Positions 11,952 to 26,741 of a DNA stretch of 64,000 nt are shown in pieces (positions within the stretch are counted from its first letter, which is position 1; each line of letters starts with the position of its first letter). The notes under the pieces were generated by a model, which was not told the DNA's origin, did not search any database, and was given only the letters and a program-made list of their open reading frames with translations. The stretch comes from Pavona decussata (Eukaryota), in NCBI GenBank assembly GCA_977016875.1, contig CDRNST010000047.1, positions 1,240,001 through 1,304,000 of the forward strand, written 5' to 3'. The position numbers were made by a program, and so were the translations under genes.

Positions 11952-14727
11952 TGGTCTCTTTTATCCGCAGTTCAAATACATGTATTTCTTATATTCCACT
12001 TCCAATACGGCTTTGTCTTGTTGCTCTCTCTTGTCATAATATGGGTGTCTGGGGCAACCTATTTCGGGACTAGATGAGCCGTTGGGTCGCAAGTAAAATA
12101 AGTGAGGGAAAAGTAGAAAGCCGAGGTAATTTCCACAGATAATAACAAAACTGCATATATTGCAAATCAGTATTGCAAAATGTTCCGACCGCTGGGCCAG
12201 TGAGCGGGCTGATTCAACAAATAGACTTCAAACACTTTTCTACAATGCTGAATACTTTTTAAACATTTCCCGCTCAAAGTTAGAAAGCCAAACGAAAATT
12301 CATCAAATTGTAGCAATACTCTGCATGTATTTGAAATGTCGTAAATATTCACCAAATCGCGCCGAGCGCAAGTCCGCCCTCTAGTACTCCAGTTTGATTT
12401 ACACCAGAAAGTCTGCACACTTCTACAATGTTGGCATGAATACTTGTTGAAAATTTAATGCGCAAATATAACCCTCGATTCATGCAATTTGGCTCTTAAT
12501 TTTGAGTTTTTTGATGGAATTCTTATAAGCTAACATCCAACTGCAGTCTGTTCAGCAGTACTTTCGTGTGGCGCTGTGTACGGTTCTGTACAAGGTGGTT
12601 CAAAATTTGGGAGCTGCAGATGAAATCCCAAGTATTACCGTTGAAATCAAATTACTGAGAAGTTCTTTCCGGTGATACTTTTTATTTCTCTATATTTTGC
12701 AAAATCCAATGTGGCTATTTTTTTCAGTTTTGAACTTGAAGAGTACTTTCGGAACAAAGACTGATGAAAGTCGGCCAAGACGTGTACCTCATGCATCGGC
12801 TTTGCCGCCGTCTCGGAAGGAAATACGTTTCATTTAAACAGTTACTATTCAGTGTTTGTTGTCACTCTTATCTTGTGGCTTTCAAACTCCAATTAAGGCA
12901 GTTAGTTCCCTGAAGCGACGTTTTAGCTGTGCACACAGTAATACAAGCTTACTATAGGAAGAGAAAAGTCTCTCTTGTACTTTGCAAAGTGTTTCTAGTT
13001 AATTAAAAAATCTTTGTTAGCTTTTCTCGAGATTAATAGCTAATTAGCAAGCCATAGAGCAAGCCGACGAACAACATGGATAGGCCATGAGTATTTGACG
13101 AATATAATTTTCTAGACCGTGAGAAGATTAGAAAGTGTACAGAAATCGCACATAAGGTATTTCGTTAAGCCTTGAACAGTCTCAAAGCTGACTTAACCTA
13201 GAACGAGATACTATTTTGACGCGGTTGACGTAATCGGAAAAATAAAGCAAAAACTGCGTCCTGTAAACATCGCCCGCTCTGTCGGTAGAGGAACTTGCTC
13301 GGCAAATAATGAATATTAACTAGTTTTCGGGCGTAAGAAATCATCTCCATTAAACGACGCTAGCAGTTTTATTTGTGCCAAAACTCCTTTGGCAACATTA
13401 CAGCCAATTTTTGAAACATTTTCGCCATAGCAAGCCTTTGGGAATATTTTTAAACTGTATTTTGCATCAAGTCGCGATTTTATGTTGCTAGTTTTTTCAC
13501 ACATCGAAGCGCCATTGTCAATGTAATAAAATGACAAAAATACACTGAATGAAACAGGTCTGCGGAAGGCGCCAAGACCGAATTTAATAAACTGCTCATT
13601 GTAGACAACACAAAGCTTTCTGTTTACACTACACTGTTTTTTATAACAAATTAATCGATACATGGCCTTTAATAAAGTTTTGACTTCACGAAAATTTTGC
13701 TTTTGTGTGTTAAACAAACATTAAAAATCTAATATAAAATAAGTTGGAAACCAAGCTTCATAGTTACATAGACATGCGGAGAAAAAATTCTTTTATAAAC
13801 GTTTTATCAATGTTATTATCGATTTATTTTCCATCGATACCTAGCCGTTACTGTTGTGTTTGACAACGGCCTAAAGACACTTGAATTTACAATTGCTTGC
13901 AAGACAGAAGTGACAGTAAAAGCTGCTTGGTAGCTCAAAGTCAAACGGTTTGCAAATCAAATCGCGACCAGTCTAATTACAGCTCGATAGATCGCCATGA
14001 AAGAGCATTAGCTCTACAATGAAGTACTTGAATAAAATTTAATCAACAAATTCTTGTCAAGTTGTTTTGCCTGTTCGCGCTAGCACAGTCAGCTTTATTT
14101 TCATATTATTAGGAATACGATACTTTATTAAGTAAGTCACACAGACGTGCTTTCTTGTCCAATCACCGCCTTGTCCAAAACTCGGGGAGTCTTTTCGGGC
14201 AACTGGCGGCTATTCAAAGCCTTAAATGTGCCTTAAATTCGCTGCGCTTCGATCAAGATTCGAGTTTTCGAGGATTCGTGGCCGTTTCTCTTCTTTTCGC
14301 CGAGATGTGAATGAAATTGTCCGCCGGATAATTAGTCAACGGCACCTCACAAAGAGTCGGCGCCTGAGACCGCAATTGACATTTGCGAAGTATTTTTCAA
14401 ACTAAACAATTGAAAGCGTTAAAATGTAATTAATATAGATATGAGTTTATTTATAATAAAGCCGGGCTGTGATTGGCTGACGGCCCTTTGCAGCTTCAGC
14501 GTAGAGTTTGTAAAGAAACTCACTGACGCATGAAGTCTCAGACCCGACTTGGATGCATGCCGGTTGGATCACCGCCAAACCTATAGCGTGCCAGATTGCT
14601 CTGACAATCAAGGACAACCATACTAAAGTCCAGCTCAGCGCCTTAGGTGACTTAAAGCTGCTTCAACTGCCACAAGGAAATTATCGTGTACAGTAAATTT
14701 TACCAGCAAAAAATCAGGCTGACAAAG

Positions 14728-14827
14728 ATGAGTTCGCCAAGGGATTCACCTGAGTTGCCTGCCTACGACATCAACAACAACCAGCCGAGCAAGGAGTTGT
14801 CCGAAAAGTGCACGGACTCCGTCCAAG
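14728..14827 (+). CDS. Pitx: Pitx coding exon 1 (MSSPRDSPELPAYDINNNQPSKELSEKCTDSVQ)
   Basis: ATG in AAGATGA context and a strong donor CAAG|GTAAGG. Phase 1 matches the acceptor at 15131. Confidence 0.75.
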
Positions 14828-15106
14828 GTAAGGTTTTCCTCTCGGGAAAGAAGAAACGAAGATTACTTTCCAGGATTCTAGATAACTAAGTTCTAATTAG
14901 TTCAGGATTTCTCAGGGATTAAGTGTTAATCTTGCCTGAAACAACAATATGTGTTCTTACTTCTCACAATTGAACGTGCGAATGTGCCATACTCCGTGAA
15001 ATGAGCACTGTTGGGGCCGTCCAGGAAGAAGGAGCCGCGCGTTCCTTCGTGCAGACTGTACTTAAGTTGCTCTTACTCCTGTCGGAAGGTACTTATCATT
15101 CGATAA

Positions 15107-15442
<336 letters not shown>

Positions 15443-16744
15443 TAACAACTTCAGCCAGAAATTCGCTGCCACACTGTGTCCCTATCTGCGCGAAGAAATC
15501 GCGTTTTATTGTCGCTAAGCTTACAAGAGACATGCCATGTTTGTTTGCATTAAAACAAGCGCCACTTAAGTCTTGCATTTTGAATACGGAATGAAAAAAG
15601 GCGAGCAGACTGCCTGTACTCGACGCGTAAATTATTTACCACACCACAGAATACCCTGGAACAAATTCAAACTAATGGTACCGCCTAGATTGAACCCTTA
15701 GTAATGGTTTGCGCTCGATTTCTAAGACTCCAAAATGTTCCGATCGCGGGGTGAAAATAGCAAATTAGGATTAGAATCACTTTAAGGACTCGAATATCGT
15801 CAAGATGTTTGCTTTTTTAATGCATTTCTTCAAGCTGTATTTCCGTGCAATTACATTGTTTACCGCAGGATTCGCCAAACCGTTTCAAAAGCACCTGGCA
15901 GTCAACAAACCTGCCCACCCTCGCTTCTTCGCCCATTTAATTTTGAAGAGTGAAGGCTGTAGTAAAAGAAGTTAACATCTCGTGCTTAGATTTCTCGTCT
16001 TTTAAGCCTTTTTTGTCCCGTTAAGTCTTCTGTACCACCTAGATGATAGAACTGGAAGGCTTTCGGTGTTAACACCTTTGCAAATACCTGAATACCAACT
16101 GTACCTGTATTGTTGCGATTAGTAAAGACAGGTGAATTTTAGTCTCGAATCGACATGAAAATCGAGAAAGGATTGAGTTAAATATACGGTTCTTTAGGCG
16201 ACGGCGAGAATACATCGATACAGAAATTTCCTGGAACATCCGGTGGTTTCGAAATTGCAATGGCTGTATACTTTTCTTTGACAACGTCTTCTCTTTGTGA
16301 AAGAAGCCTAATTACAAACTGAAACGTGTGAAAAAAACTTGTTCGGGCTTATTTCACTTTTCACACTTCACTTGGAAGGATAAAAGCATGAGCTTAACTG
16401 GGCTTTCTTACAACGGCAGTTTGTCGACATTTTCGTCTGGTTTCATGATTTTCGTTTAATGTCTAGCACTTATTTGTGTATCAAGTCGCGAGAGCGCCCT
16501 GCCGGTTTTCAGCGCAAAGAGAAGCCCGACTTTTAAGTAGACTATTAAATAAATGTCAAACTTTTGTGTTTGTATCTCATTTTATTAATGTTGAGATTCA
16601 CAAAACACGACTGCAATTTATCATGTCATTATATTAAATTGCGCATCACCTTTCCAGAGCTAATATGCCTGTACATTAATGTACGCGTAAAGAAAAGAAA
16701 CAAACAAATATTCAATAGCGTTGACAAATATATATTCCCTTTAG

Positions 16745-17293
16745 GTGTGGTTCAAAAATCGCCGGGCGAAATGGCGAAAGAAGGAGAAGAACAACCCAAC
16801 CAACATACTTGGACAAGACAAGGGAGGAACAATTATTCCAAGCGTGAATGGATTTTACGAAAGCCCAAGCTCCATTCGCTATGAAAGCTCCGAGACACCG
16901 CCGTCGGTTTATCCCAACTACAGCACAAACTACTGGAGTAAAGGAGCTCCCAGCCTAGGCTACAGCTCACTACAGCAAGGAAGTAACAGTCTTGGGTATA
17001 ACTCGTTCAGCCAAATACCTCCACCGTGCCCTGTGCCACCGCAAATATCAGGAACTCTGAGTCCCTTTTCAACCCCAATCTCGAGCGATAACAGCTCGGT
17101 ATCATACCCGGCCAGTTCTTCCAGCGTTCCGAGTGTTCCTTGCGGTTATCCGCCAACTTATGGCTACCAAGAACAGAGCTCGGTGTATTTAAAAGGTAAA
17201 AGTTCTTCCATGAGTCACCATCCGAACTATTCGCAGCCGAATCCGTACAGCTCATATCCATACGGGATGGCCGAAATCCCAATTAATATTTAG
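16745..17293 (+). CDS. Pitx: Pitx coding exon 3 (helix 3 VWFKNRRAKWRKKE, K50, plus S/P/Y-rich C-terminus)
   Basis: ccctttag|GTG TGG TTC AAA AAT; open to TAG at 17291-17293. Confidence 0.95.
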   Translation: MWFKNRRAKWRKKEKNNPTNILGQDKGGTIIPSVNGFYESPSSIRYESSETPPSVYPNYSTNYWSKGAPSLGYSSLQQGSNSLGYNSFSQIPPPCPVPPQISGTLSPFSTPISSDNSSVSYPASSSSVPSVPCGYPPTYGYQEQSSVYLKGKSSSMSHHPNYSQPNPYSSYPYGMAEIPINI

Positions 17294-20200
17294 AACAGCG
17301 GAGCAAAAAGAGCTGGACAAACAATATCTGAGAATCGAATGAAGTGACTCCTGTGATTGCCCTCAGAAAATGAGTTTTAAAGACAGTTTGTTTTTTAAGG
17401 TGCCTTTCAGGTGAAAGGCAGTTGCTAGAAGCAGAAGTGTTTTTTAAAGTTTGATTTTTAAGGTTGAAAACCGTCGTGACATTAGCATCAAAGTAATTAA
17501 AAAGCTAAAACAATTCTCCTGAAGTTAATAGATTCAATCTAGGCGAAGTTTGGGTGTTTCAGTCAATGCTGAATACAAATTATTTTAAAAGGTTTAAGTT
17601 CAGTAAGATTCAATGTATTTAAAGTAGTTTATGAAAGAATGCCATGGACTCGGTGCTAAACATAGTGAAATTATACAAAAGGTTAAATTTTCCCTGGCGA
17701 AAATGTAATATTGCACGCTATTCTACAAGGTAGACGCTATTTAGTCCCACGCTTCAACGACATTCAAATTTTTCTTTTGTTCCTCGCAGACTTTTGGCGC
17801 ATATTCTCAGAGGAGCGAAGCGACCAAGTTTTCGTATATTTGCTGAGGTTAATTCGCCTAAATCTATCTTCTCATTGAGCTAAGAACGTTTTGATAGCGG
17901 TTATAAGCGTTTCCTAATAATGGTTTTGTCTAGGGCCCGTGTAGTTCTCGCTTACTAATCCACAGTACATTGACTTAGTTATTAAGGTAATATCAAACCA
18001 TTCTTGTGTAAGACGATGAGCTGTTGAAAAGTGCTAACTAAAATGAATAAGTCTTTCCTTTTAATCTTAGCGTGAGATGTCACAACTCGCACGCGTTTAA
18101 CAGTGACACGCCCGCTAGCTATCGTAACAGGCACTTTCAAAAAGCGCGCGTACGGTTTTTGCTAGCTTTCACCCCCAAAATGCTGCTTTGAATTCGTCTT
18201 GCGACGATTTCGAGACCATGGCACCGACAGCATTTTAATGCAATCTCTAGAGGCCTCGTTGTTTTGCCCTGGGAATTTTCAGCTGTATTTAAGTTTGTAC
18301 AGTCAATAAAAGACTAAATGTTGTGCGCAGGTTTTGTGTGTTAATACACTCTTTTCATAGGTTGAGACAAAAGAGTGAGGTCTATTGTGTGAGTCCTTTC
18401 AGCCCTTAAAGAAGCCGCTTCATATAACGCTTTGACTTGGAACGATATCCAATGACTTTTTACGCCTTGCTTTGAAGAAGATAAATTTTAAAAAAACAAG
18501 ATAATTTTTTTTGGCAATTTGCGTGCCTCAACCATTCGAACGTTGAAACGGTTAAATGAAACAGGAAAATGCAAATGATCCGCAAAAACCTATTCAAAAT
18601 AGCTATTTTCAATTCTATTGACTATGAATGTCAAAAAAACTGATAAATATGCGTACTTTGCCGGACGGATGCGGCTAAATAGGGCCATTACATTGATGTA
18701 TCTGATAAAATAAGATAAATACATCAAAGCTGTCCACAAAACGTCGTTTTGCGAATAAATAAATTGCCTACTCTCGGTGGAGGTGGGCTTTGCACGAAAC
18801 CAGCTTTTGACTTTTCAAGAGCGAGACGAAACGTTTGTCATATATCCCGTCACATACAATTAACAAGTAAAGAGGCTGTCTCACTTTTCCTCTTGGCTAA
18901 ACAAGAACAAAACTGTAGACTTGTATAAAAATAGACAGGTTTCGTTCCGAATCCTTTCGAGACCACCTTTGTTTGTTGTACCGCGTAAGTTGGCTTGGTG
19001 GCGGCAAACGTTATCAATGTTTGTCATCTGAAATTTATGGCGCCAATTTCCAGGAAGGAAAACTGCATCGACTTCAAGTTTGTCAGACCTGTGATATAGA
19101 TTTGTTTCAATAGTATCAGATTCTAAAAAGATTCGTTACAGCGACTGCTGATAATTCCCAACTTTGAACAAAAGTCTTATCTATACAGCTCCACTTTTAT
19201 TCCTTTTTGCTTGTAAGGTTTCTTCACCACCGTTTGTCTCCTGTCAAATTTTAATATCTTTGTGCGTGGACGCGATGGTAATGCGTTACTTGCACCACTT
19301 AAAGCAATTGTTTCGTATTTTTTTGCTCAGATTTCCTGTGGTCTCGTTAAAATTTGGGAAGGAGAAAACACAATGGCTTATGATATTACACACATCTGTT
19401 TGGCCATTGAAAGAAACATTTTTATCACACACTCGCAAATCGCTCTTTTTGAGTAACGTGCAAATTGGATTCACCAAAATTAATGTTGAATTTGTCTTCG
19501 ACGCGCAGGGTGTCAAGGAAATAAATGGAATTTTTTCAAACGTTTCAAACTTCGTCTAAACTTTCACATCTTCTAGAAAGAGCATTTTCAGTACAATTTA
19601 GAAATAAAGAATCAAGAAAAAAAATTATATGCACCGAATACAAAAAGCCAACGTAACTTTAGTTAAACAATCACCATTAATTAAAATACATAAAAACACT
19701 TTTTCTTAAAATTTTCTCTTGGTGACCATTTCCTGAATTAACAACCTGTCGAATTTTTGTTTTGACTGTTCTCTATCAGTTCGTTTCGATGGAATTCTAG
19801 TTCGGAAGACGTAAATCGCCCTAGAAATTCGGATTAAATTGCGAAAAAAAAGTGTTTTCTTTGATCAAATGCCACCTTAAAGCTTCAAAACATAGGAAAG
19901 TATAATTCCTTTTTTCTTCGGAGGGACAAAAATAGCATTTAGAGAGCAGAATAAGGCCTGTTAGGATTTTCGGAAAGCCAGCAGCAGCAAGGAAATTCGA
20001 GGTATAAGATTCCATTCCCTAATTTTTTTTTTGTGTTGTTATAGTCAGATAAAAGGAAACCGGGACAGATCAAACGAAATGGTATCTACTTGTCCAAATA
20101 GTCCCTTGAGAAGATACTAAAACGATCTGAGAAAACAGAAAACGGCCTTTTGAGTATTTTGCTAAGATTTTCTTCATTGGGTACCGCTGATTCTTCGCAG

Positions 20201-23200
20201 TAAACTGATAAAGTTTTGTGTTTTTCTTTTGTGTTTTTACACGAAAAGGAAATAGTCCACTGGATAGATGGCATGGTGTTCTTTTGGGCTATATTCCGTT
20301 TTTAGAATTCTGCTGTGAATGGAAATACGATTAACCGAGGATATGTGGAATTGGAATTCAGTTTTTGAAAAGTTATTAGCTTACTCGGAATAGCCGGACA
20401 GAATTTGGAAATAAATATTTTTCCTTTTCTTTTGGAAATAGATTTTTTTGTGTGTATTCTGTTATTTCTCCGTCAATGTTTGGATATGTTTACCTTTCAG
20501 ATTTTCTCACTTAAACTACTTGAGGATTTATTAAACTGTTGTGTCAACTTTCTCACTGAACTCCATTATTAACTAATATTGTCTTAAAGTGTTCCATTGG
20601 GAAATATGAAATACCTTTTGCTCTTAGCTTCATATCACTCATTATACACGACACAGAAAAGTGATAAATTGCTGTTTGCAATGATATGGAAACTTATAAA
20701 AAAATATAATTTATCTGGCATGGTATAAGTGATACTTTTAACTTGAAATAAACAAATAAAATAAAATAAATACAGACCAGACAAATATACGTATTGGACT
20801 GTTTGCTTTGCCAAATTAGCTAACATATACCTGGAAATTTCATTTTATATCATTCTAGGTTTACCACCTGAGAAAATTGTATATTTTTGGAGAAGAAAAA
20901 CAATGGAAGTCTTTATTTTTCATATAAATGCAAATGAAATAACAAATGCTAAAGATGGTGAGAAATGGAGTCCGTAGTGTTATGTTTCATGTTTACTGAA
21001 TACAGAAATAAAGTCATTCATTCACAAATGATATTGTTTAAAAACTAATACGTCTTTTGAACAGCTGATCTTTTTTTCGGGAGTAAAGTTCCAGTAAGAA
21101 TTAAAATAGTCGGCTGAAAATTGCAATTAATTCGGCACAGCTTTATTGAGCGGAAAGTTAATTAACTGGACGCCATCCAAACCTCGAGGTTCATTAACAA
21201 GTTGGCCAAATGAAAACGGCTTTAGACAAGAGGTAAAGGGCATAACGTGAAGGAAAAAGGGCTAAAGATCCAACAACGCTTTTGCTCTTGTCATTGTATC
21301 GGTAGAACGTGTGTGTTATAGAAAGGGTGAAAAAAGAAAATGTGTTTATGAGCTCAAAGAGTTCCGCCTCGGCATTTGTAAGTAATTTTATAATTATAAC
21401 GTAGAATGCAGTTGGCTTGGCATGGCCTTGTGTTTATAAGACAGAGCCTATAACTATATATAAACCATGCGCTTGTAAACAGTCATTCCGTGTATTTCCT
21501 GGAAAAATTCCGGTTTAGGAAGCAGCACTGTTTACACACAAACTGTAGTCTTGGGTAAATTAAATCTATTTTTGAAATTTTGTCTGGGTGTAATCCTCAA
21601 ATGTGACACAATTAAAATGAGAGCTATTCAACATGTGCACCTGGACGAATTTGATTTCTAATACTTCGCTTAATGCATTTAAAATTTCTTTTATTAGTTT
21701 CTGAATTCGGTGCCCTCAGCAATCATATATTTCTCGGCACTGTCTATTTCCTGACACTATCTTTCGGTGGTATTGCCGCCTAGAACTCATATCTCATTTT
21801 TAGCATGTAAATAATTAAATGAAACCTAAGTGACAACTATTTTCCAATTAGCAACGGAAGCGAACATGTTTGATTGGTTTGATAGTTTTTACTAAGCTTT
21901 GTAAAAAAGAAACTAAGCAAACTTTGTCCACATGGGAGAAACGAATTTAGTTTTACCATTAATTTTGGACGGATTTTTATGTTAAAATGTCATGAGACGT
22001 ACAATTAAGGGAAACTGTTGTGAAACGGCGAGAAGGCTCAATTCCAATTTCCACTTTTTTTTTACTCATGTTTACAATCATAGAAAGACGAGGCGAGAAA
22101 CATGAAAATTCCAGACAATGATGACATGGTTTGAATGCTTGCTAACAGTCAAATGACCTGAGAATTTCTGACTTTTTATTTGAAAACACACACAACGATT
22201 AATTGAAAGTTTTGTTCAGAGCCAAACAACCCCCTTAGATTATTAATTTCGACGAATTTTACACGGAATATAAATCAAACTTATGTTTAATATTTTAAAA
22301 TGGTTTTAAAATTTGCCACCTCACATACTTTGCAAACAGAAGACTTTTAGAAATAGGGCTTTGCTTAAAGCCGATTAGTATATGCCCAAGAAAAAATAAT
22401 AGTGATAATAATAATCTCATTGATGTTTGTTACTGATAGGCGATTTTCAACAACTCTTTTTTTGAAATGTGGTTTTGACCGACTATTCCTTGAATAGAGA
22501 AAAAAAGAGCCTCACAGGTGAATTTTTCCCACAGTATTTCGTAATGGGATGTTTTTAATCAATTTTTTTCATTACGTGCAAAATGCAGCGTTTTATTGTC
22601 CTATTTTAACCAAACGCAGGCAATTGTTAGGAAAAAATATTCGGCCCACATACAGATGGCTAGACACAAAAGGGATCCGTCATCCGGCCAGTTAATCAAG
22701 CTTATCGCTTTCATTTATCGCACGAAAGGTCTTGCTATTTTACGCAGAGGTAAATTTCAAAGGTAACGATAAGTAACAAAGAAGCAGTAAAGAAGTGATG
22801 TTTGCAGATGTTTCTAAGCTTAAAAGTTAATCCAGGAAAAACTTGAACCGTGGCAACACATATTTTGTTAATTGAATAAAATACGAAGGAACAGTGCGTT
22901 TCGTGTTAAAATTAGGCTTCGATTTCTTTCAGTCTCCTGTATTCAGTTCACAAAACCACCGTTCTTATCTCGGTGACCTACGGCTGCCGTCCTGTTCGGC
23001 GACTGTTTGGCCAAGCTGCTCTGTTGCTTGAACATTTTACTTTATATTTTAACAATGAATCATGTTGTTCGTGTTTGCTTAGCTTCAAATAAGCTTTCAT
23101 GACACGTCTTAACGACGAACACAAAAAATAAAGTGTTCATAATGGCTTTGTTGCTTGGCAACGTAAAAACATCTCTGGTAAGGTAACAGGTAACAAACAA

Positions 23201-24786
23201 AATAAAAATAAAATAAAATGAAATAAAATAAAAAAATCGTGTTTACCAAAAATTAGCGATCTAAGAGGTTAAATTTTTAAGCGGTGGTTCTGTTTTATTA
23301 ATGAGAACTTGCTCAAATATAATCTTCTATATCACTGGTTCGTGTCACTTGCTGTGAATAGTAGAAGAGGAAATGGTGTATCAAGCACAAACAAGTCTAA
23401 CTGTTGCACCATATTCAAACTGAGGGATTCCGTTTTGGAAGGAAAGTGCTTTCTCTTAGTTGATTTCAGACTTTTCCGTTGTATTCAATTCAGTCTGTAA
23501 TTCTTGGCAATGGCGTCCAGAGTGAAGACATGAAAACCTTGTACCATACATCTCTACAGAGTGACCATATTTACAGCCACCTTACCGAAGAGGGGCTCTT
23601 TCGACTCGGCGTGAAGGTTTCATGGGTCGTCATCAGATATGGACTTAGGAAACTTTTACTTTTTGTCTCCGTGTTCACAGTCTTTAATAAACAGAAAACA
23701 GGAGTGAAAATAACAGTGTATTTATAGTGCTGTAAAATTCTGGTAGGAAATAACGTATTGTGAAAATGAAAGCCGGAAACATGTCATGGTATACCGTAGC
23801 TTCTAGAATTAAACATTTGAATTTATCTCAGCGAAACCTTAAGATTTTGAAATAATAAACGACGAATTATAATATTGCGTTGCCTGTGGATTTACGTGAC
23901 AACTATTGTTGTAATGACATCATAAAGCCGATCAGTATACTTCTCATGTAAAAGCCACCACGGCGAAAATCAGATCTTTTGCATAAATAGTTTGTGTTTT
24001 GATACTTCAAAATTAATCCAGCGTAGATTCTAACGTTTTTTGTCCCTTTTATATGCCACTGATCGAAATTTCAAATCCACGAATTTATATTTTACGGTTC
24101 AATTCTGACACACAGCTAATTTTAAAGTGACCTATTCCGGGTTTTGGCTGTCACGCCAAAAACATTAAAATGGAAGCAATTCACTGAATAATGTTAAAAG
24201 TTTGACATTTTGTAAAAGATTAATGAGGAAACAACTTGTCTAAGTCTCAGGTGTAGGCAGTGTCCCGTACTTGAGTTATTTGCTCAAATATTCCACACGA
24301 ATTTTTAGAGCTCAGTATCGAGACGCCATATTTGTTCCCGTCCGACGGACACAAACATGGCTGTCGGAAATCAAAGAATTCTCTGAAATCCACTTCTGCA
24401 GTAAAGGATATTAGTTTTCTCTCGTAAATTGTTGCATATCCGCATCAACATTTATCCACATGCCCAAAATGTTTAAATCGTTACATATCGCCGAAGAAGT
24501 TTCGTTTTTTTTCTTATCATACAGTTTTGTCACCGAAGTCATCTTCATGTCACGCCGGTATAAAGTCGAAAATTCAGAATGCTCTATTTTCAAAGTGAAG
24601 AACCCTATCTTGCTGAAAGTTGTGAGAAGGGATGTTTTCAGTTCACCTTACGACTGATGAAGGTAAAACTTCAGAAGGCTTCACGGTTGTTGTTTTTAGA
24701 CATGAAACCGGCCGAGAATTACAACACTGGCGAGTAACCAAGAAGGGTTTGTCGTTGTGGTTTCATTTATTTCATGACTATCTGGC

Positions 24787-25078
24787 GGAGGCGCGCTATT
24801 GTAGTGGTTAGCGCGTCGGACTTTCGATCAGACGATCGGTGGTTCGAGGCTAGGTTGGTGTGTTGTTTCCTTTAATTGACAAGAACTTTGCTCCACACTG
24901 TCTCTTTGCACCCAGGTGTGTAAATGGGTACTGGCGGCATGCTGCTGTGGAACCCTGCGGTGGACTAGCATCCTTCCAGTCCAGGGGGAGGTAGCAATAC
25001 TCCTAGTTGCTTCATGCTACCGAAACCGGGTTAGGCTCCGGCCGTGTGGGCCACTCAGGCTCGTAGTGTGACTTCACC
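24787..25078 (+). mobile_element. Near full-length tRNA-headed SINE
   Basis: A-box-like TAGTGGTTAGCGCG, B-box-like GGTTCGAGGC, core CACCCAGGTGTGTAAATGGGTAC and tail TGCTTCATGCTAC.GAAACCGG. Core and tail fragments recur at ~28893 (+) and ~29595 (-). Confidence 0.75.
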
Positions 25079-25489
25079 TGGTGGAGATATAGCAGATAAT
25101 CCGGCGAGCTCCGGATCTGCCCAGAGGATTATGCAGTCCAATGACTGTCAGGTTTGTTCAATGTCTTCATGCCATAACAAGCTCTTTAGTAGTCGTTTTA
25201 CAGCGGTACTCTTGGGCTTAGCCGTATTTTATTTTCATCATTGTAATGAGATCTTTGAAGGTAATGAATTCAAACAAAAACCTTTAAAGTTTTTATGACA
25301 AAGGTGTTCCAAAACTGCTGAGTGATTTCTAGATTGGCTCAAATCCAAACCCATTGGATTAGAGGTGCCGCGCAACCTGCAGAAGGTGCCGCACAACCTG
25401 CTGCTATTCAAACCTTCTTATTTCTGGCCCTCTTCCCCCATGGTTTGGCGGCAACCACACAGACAGATCCCAAAGAATCGCCGTAGAAG

Positions 25490-25880
25490 TTGTCTTCTCC
25501 GAATGGCTTGATCCCCGTTACGTCAGAAGTACCTCAAGGCTCAATAGTCGGGCCGCTACTGTTCCTTGCATATGTAAATGAATCAAATCAATCAAACTCC
25601 GCAATTGTTCTCTACGCTGGTGAGTCCAAAGTATACCGGCCTATAGATCGCTCTGATACAATCAGTCTAATTCAGAGGGATCTCGACTGCGTATATAAAT
25701 GGAGCAAAGACTGGGAAATGGAAGTCAACACAAATGAATGCAAGGTCCTCTAAAAAGGAAGACCTCTCTGACAGTAAACAGATCCTATAGCCTGGACAGG
25801 CCGACGCTTTAAAGTGTCTCTTCCTGACCTAGGAATCACCGTATCCAGTGAACTTTCCTGATTCAGACAGGTTGAACAGA
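25490..25880 (+). mobile_element. CR1/L2-type LINE reverse transcriptase fragment (degenerate)
   Basis: VTSEVPQGSIVGPLLFLAYVN...LYAGESKVY...IQRDLDCVYKWSKDWEMEVNTNECKVL matches the GVPQGS.LGP.LF..Y.ND / YADD / LQ.DLD....W...W.M.FN..KCKV pattern, with the catalytic DD lost. Confidence 0.85.
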
Positions 25881-26741
25881 CAGTCCTGATTATAAGGCGT
25901 TCAACAGTTCAGCTGGTTCAGCTCGACCTAATAATTACGATTTCCTAAAGTAGTCCTCATTGTGTCTCAACATATAAGATTATAACTATTCTGATCGAAG
26001 TTGTGCAATTTATACAAAGATTAGAACCTGCATAGGTAGTTACTGATATCCGTCGTTATAAGACCATGTTTAGATTTAAAATATAATGATAGGTCCGACA
26101 TCTCTCTGCGAAATTCCAACGGAAGGAACTTAGTCTCCATAAGTACTTCGGTATATGACATGCTCAGCCGGATAGTTTAGTATGAACTTTTTTTGCGCTG
26201 ATCATTTTCAAATTAGGGCTCTTAATTTTTTTCTCAATTTCTTCCTCAGTAATTACTTAATTATTACTTGTATTCTTAACCTTATACCCATTTGATATAT
26301 AAATGCATATTGAGGTTCTAATTTTTTTTATCTTGTTGAGGTGGGTATCTCTCGTCACTTTCGTCTCGTCTCTTTTTATTTGTATTTATTTAGTATGTGG
26401 TGAATATTCATTAAACTCATTAATTAAACTGCAGAAGGCGGCCTAGGCAAGTGGCCTGGTCCGGTCTAACTTGTCTTAGAATTTACATGACATAAAGAAA
26501 ACTGGATCGGATGGAAATGGTTTAAAACTAATTAAAAAAGGCCATGTCTTCACTACAATACTGAAACAAACTGTTGGAACTCGACCCAGTTTCCCTTTAT
26601 TTAAAGCGATTAGTTGTTAAGCGATGCCATGGCTACCCATATGGGTAGACAGAAGCAACGTGGATCAACAATCTGGCACAGGGGCCAGATTCATTAAGTT
26701 AAGATGTATCCTAAGTATTGTTTGTTAGCAGTGCGCCTTAA

